A DNA stretch of 5,582 bases from a virus. Below are positions 5,316 through 5,582 of the stretch, piece by piece. Made by a program: the position numbers and the translations under genes. The notes below the pieces were generated by a model. It made no database searches. It saw only the letters and a program-made list of their open reading frames with translations, and was not told the DNA's origin. The stretch covers positions 1 through 5,582 of the IMG/VR virus record IMGVR_UViG_3300045988_041489. One strand, 5' to 3'. Each line of letters starts with the position of its first letter. Positions within the stretch are counted from its first letter, which is position 1.

Positions 5316-5350
5316 GACCGGGACGGAGTAAAACTCCGCTCCGGTCTTTT
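5316..5350 (+). terminator. Terminator-like imperfect hairpin plus TTTT downstream of rep
   Basis: GACCGGGACGGAG (5316-5328), loop TAAAA, then CTCCGCTCCGGTC (5334-5346). That gives 11 Watson-Crick pairs, one G-U and one A/C mismatch, followed by TTTT (5347-5350). The short U-tract makes it at best a weak intrinsic terminator. It could instead be an ssDNA structural element. Confidence 0.4.
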
Positions 5351-5419
5351 AAGGTGCGCAGGGCTCCGCGCTGCCGTTTACAGAAGAAGCTCCTGTTATC
5401 GGAAAAGACATAAAATCAG

Positions 5420-5457
5420 CAATGGCACGGAAAATGCCATTGTTTTTTTTTTTTTTT
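5420..5457 (+). terminator. Rho-independent terminator: 8-bp stem, 7-nt loop, T15 tract
   Basis: CAATGGCA (5420-5427) is the exact reverse complement of TGCCATTG (5435-5442). The loop is CGGAAAA. Fifteen consecutive T follow immediately (5443-5457). All genes are co-oriented with it. The T-tract portion recurs at 2-16 because of the terminal overlap. Confidence 0.75.
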
Positions 5458-5582
5458 GGTAAAATTAGAGAAAAAAAAGGAGGTGCAGCCATGAGCTACC
5501 GTAAAACCGTAAATCCGAAAACCGACAAGAAAGTATTTACCAATACCGCAAAGAAAACGAAGAAAATCAACGTCAACCCGAA
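5442..5582. repeat. Terminal direct repeat, copy 2 (identical to 1..141)
   Basis: As for copy 1. The offset of 5441 nt defines the unit genome length. Confidence 0.9.
5491..5582 (+). CDS. Redundant partial copy of the 39-aa basic J-like gene (same locus as 50..169, truncated by the window end)
   Basis: It is identical to 50..141 and lies inside the terminal overlap. It is not a second gene in the real circular genome. Confidence 0.7.
   Translation, partial: MSYRKTVNPKTDKKVFTNTAKKTKKINVNP

Noticed and set aside
5353-5380. Possible XerCD dif-like integration site: GGTGCGCA at 5353-5360 equals the first 8 nt of the E. coli dif XerC arm
   Set aside because: When aligned to the 28-nt E. coli dif sequence as I recall it, none of the remaining 20 positions match. 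There is no TTATGTTAAAT-like XerD arm. The only nearby TTATGT (complement of 5408-5413) is an isolated hexamer, expected by chance. A proper dif position-weight-matrix scan for the likely host would be needed to reopen this.
5377-5416. Alternative promoter hexamers in the intergenic region (TTTACA at 5377-5382, TAAAAT at 5411-5416, TTGATT at 5304-5309)
   Set aside because: None of them pairs with a partner hexamer at 16-18-nt spacing. Any transcript they produced would run immediately into the strong terminator at 5420..5457.
5313-5462. 49-aa ORF (MDRDGVKLRSG...FFFFW) and the 16-aa mini-ORF at 5262..5312 in the rep-to-J intergenic region
   Set aside because: The 49-aa ORF has no SD, and its reading frame consists of the two terminator hairpins and the T15 tract (a poly-Phe tail). 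The 16-aa ORF has only a marginal GGG upstream and nothing else to support it.

Overview
The window is one complete circular ssDNA phage genome of the family Microviridae, with Gokushovirinae-like gene content and order. It was linearised with a 141-nt assembly overlap: 1..141 is identical to 5442..5582, so the unit length is 5441 nt. All credible genes are on the + strand. In order they are a 39-aa highly basic J/ORF8-like protein (too short for the ORF track), a 74-aa ribbon-helix-helix (RHH)-like protein, a VP5-like small protein, the VP3 internal scaffold, the VP1 major capsid protein, the VP2 DNA-pilot protein, a second RHH-like protein of 60 aa, and the VP4 HUH rolling-circle replication initiator. 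The most unusual part is 3694..5237. It holds a near-consensus sigma70 promoter, a small RHH gene, a perfect 16-bp G6/C6 hairpin and then rep. This layout resembles the copG-repB copy-control operon of rolling-circle plasmids, and the segment has visibly lower GC than the structural genes. The 253-nt rep-to-J intergenic region carries two terminator-like hairpins. The second is followed by a T15 tract that runs directly into an extended -10-like element and a strong Shine-Dalgarno (SD) sequence. The + strand is strongly A-rich and T-poor, so stop codons are rare in every frame. The long minus-strand and alternative-frame ORFs in the track are best read as artefacts of this. I saw no tRNA, CRISPR array, integrase, transposase or recognisable lysis gene. 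All homology statements come from motif recognition by eye, not from searches.
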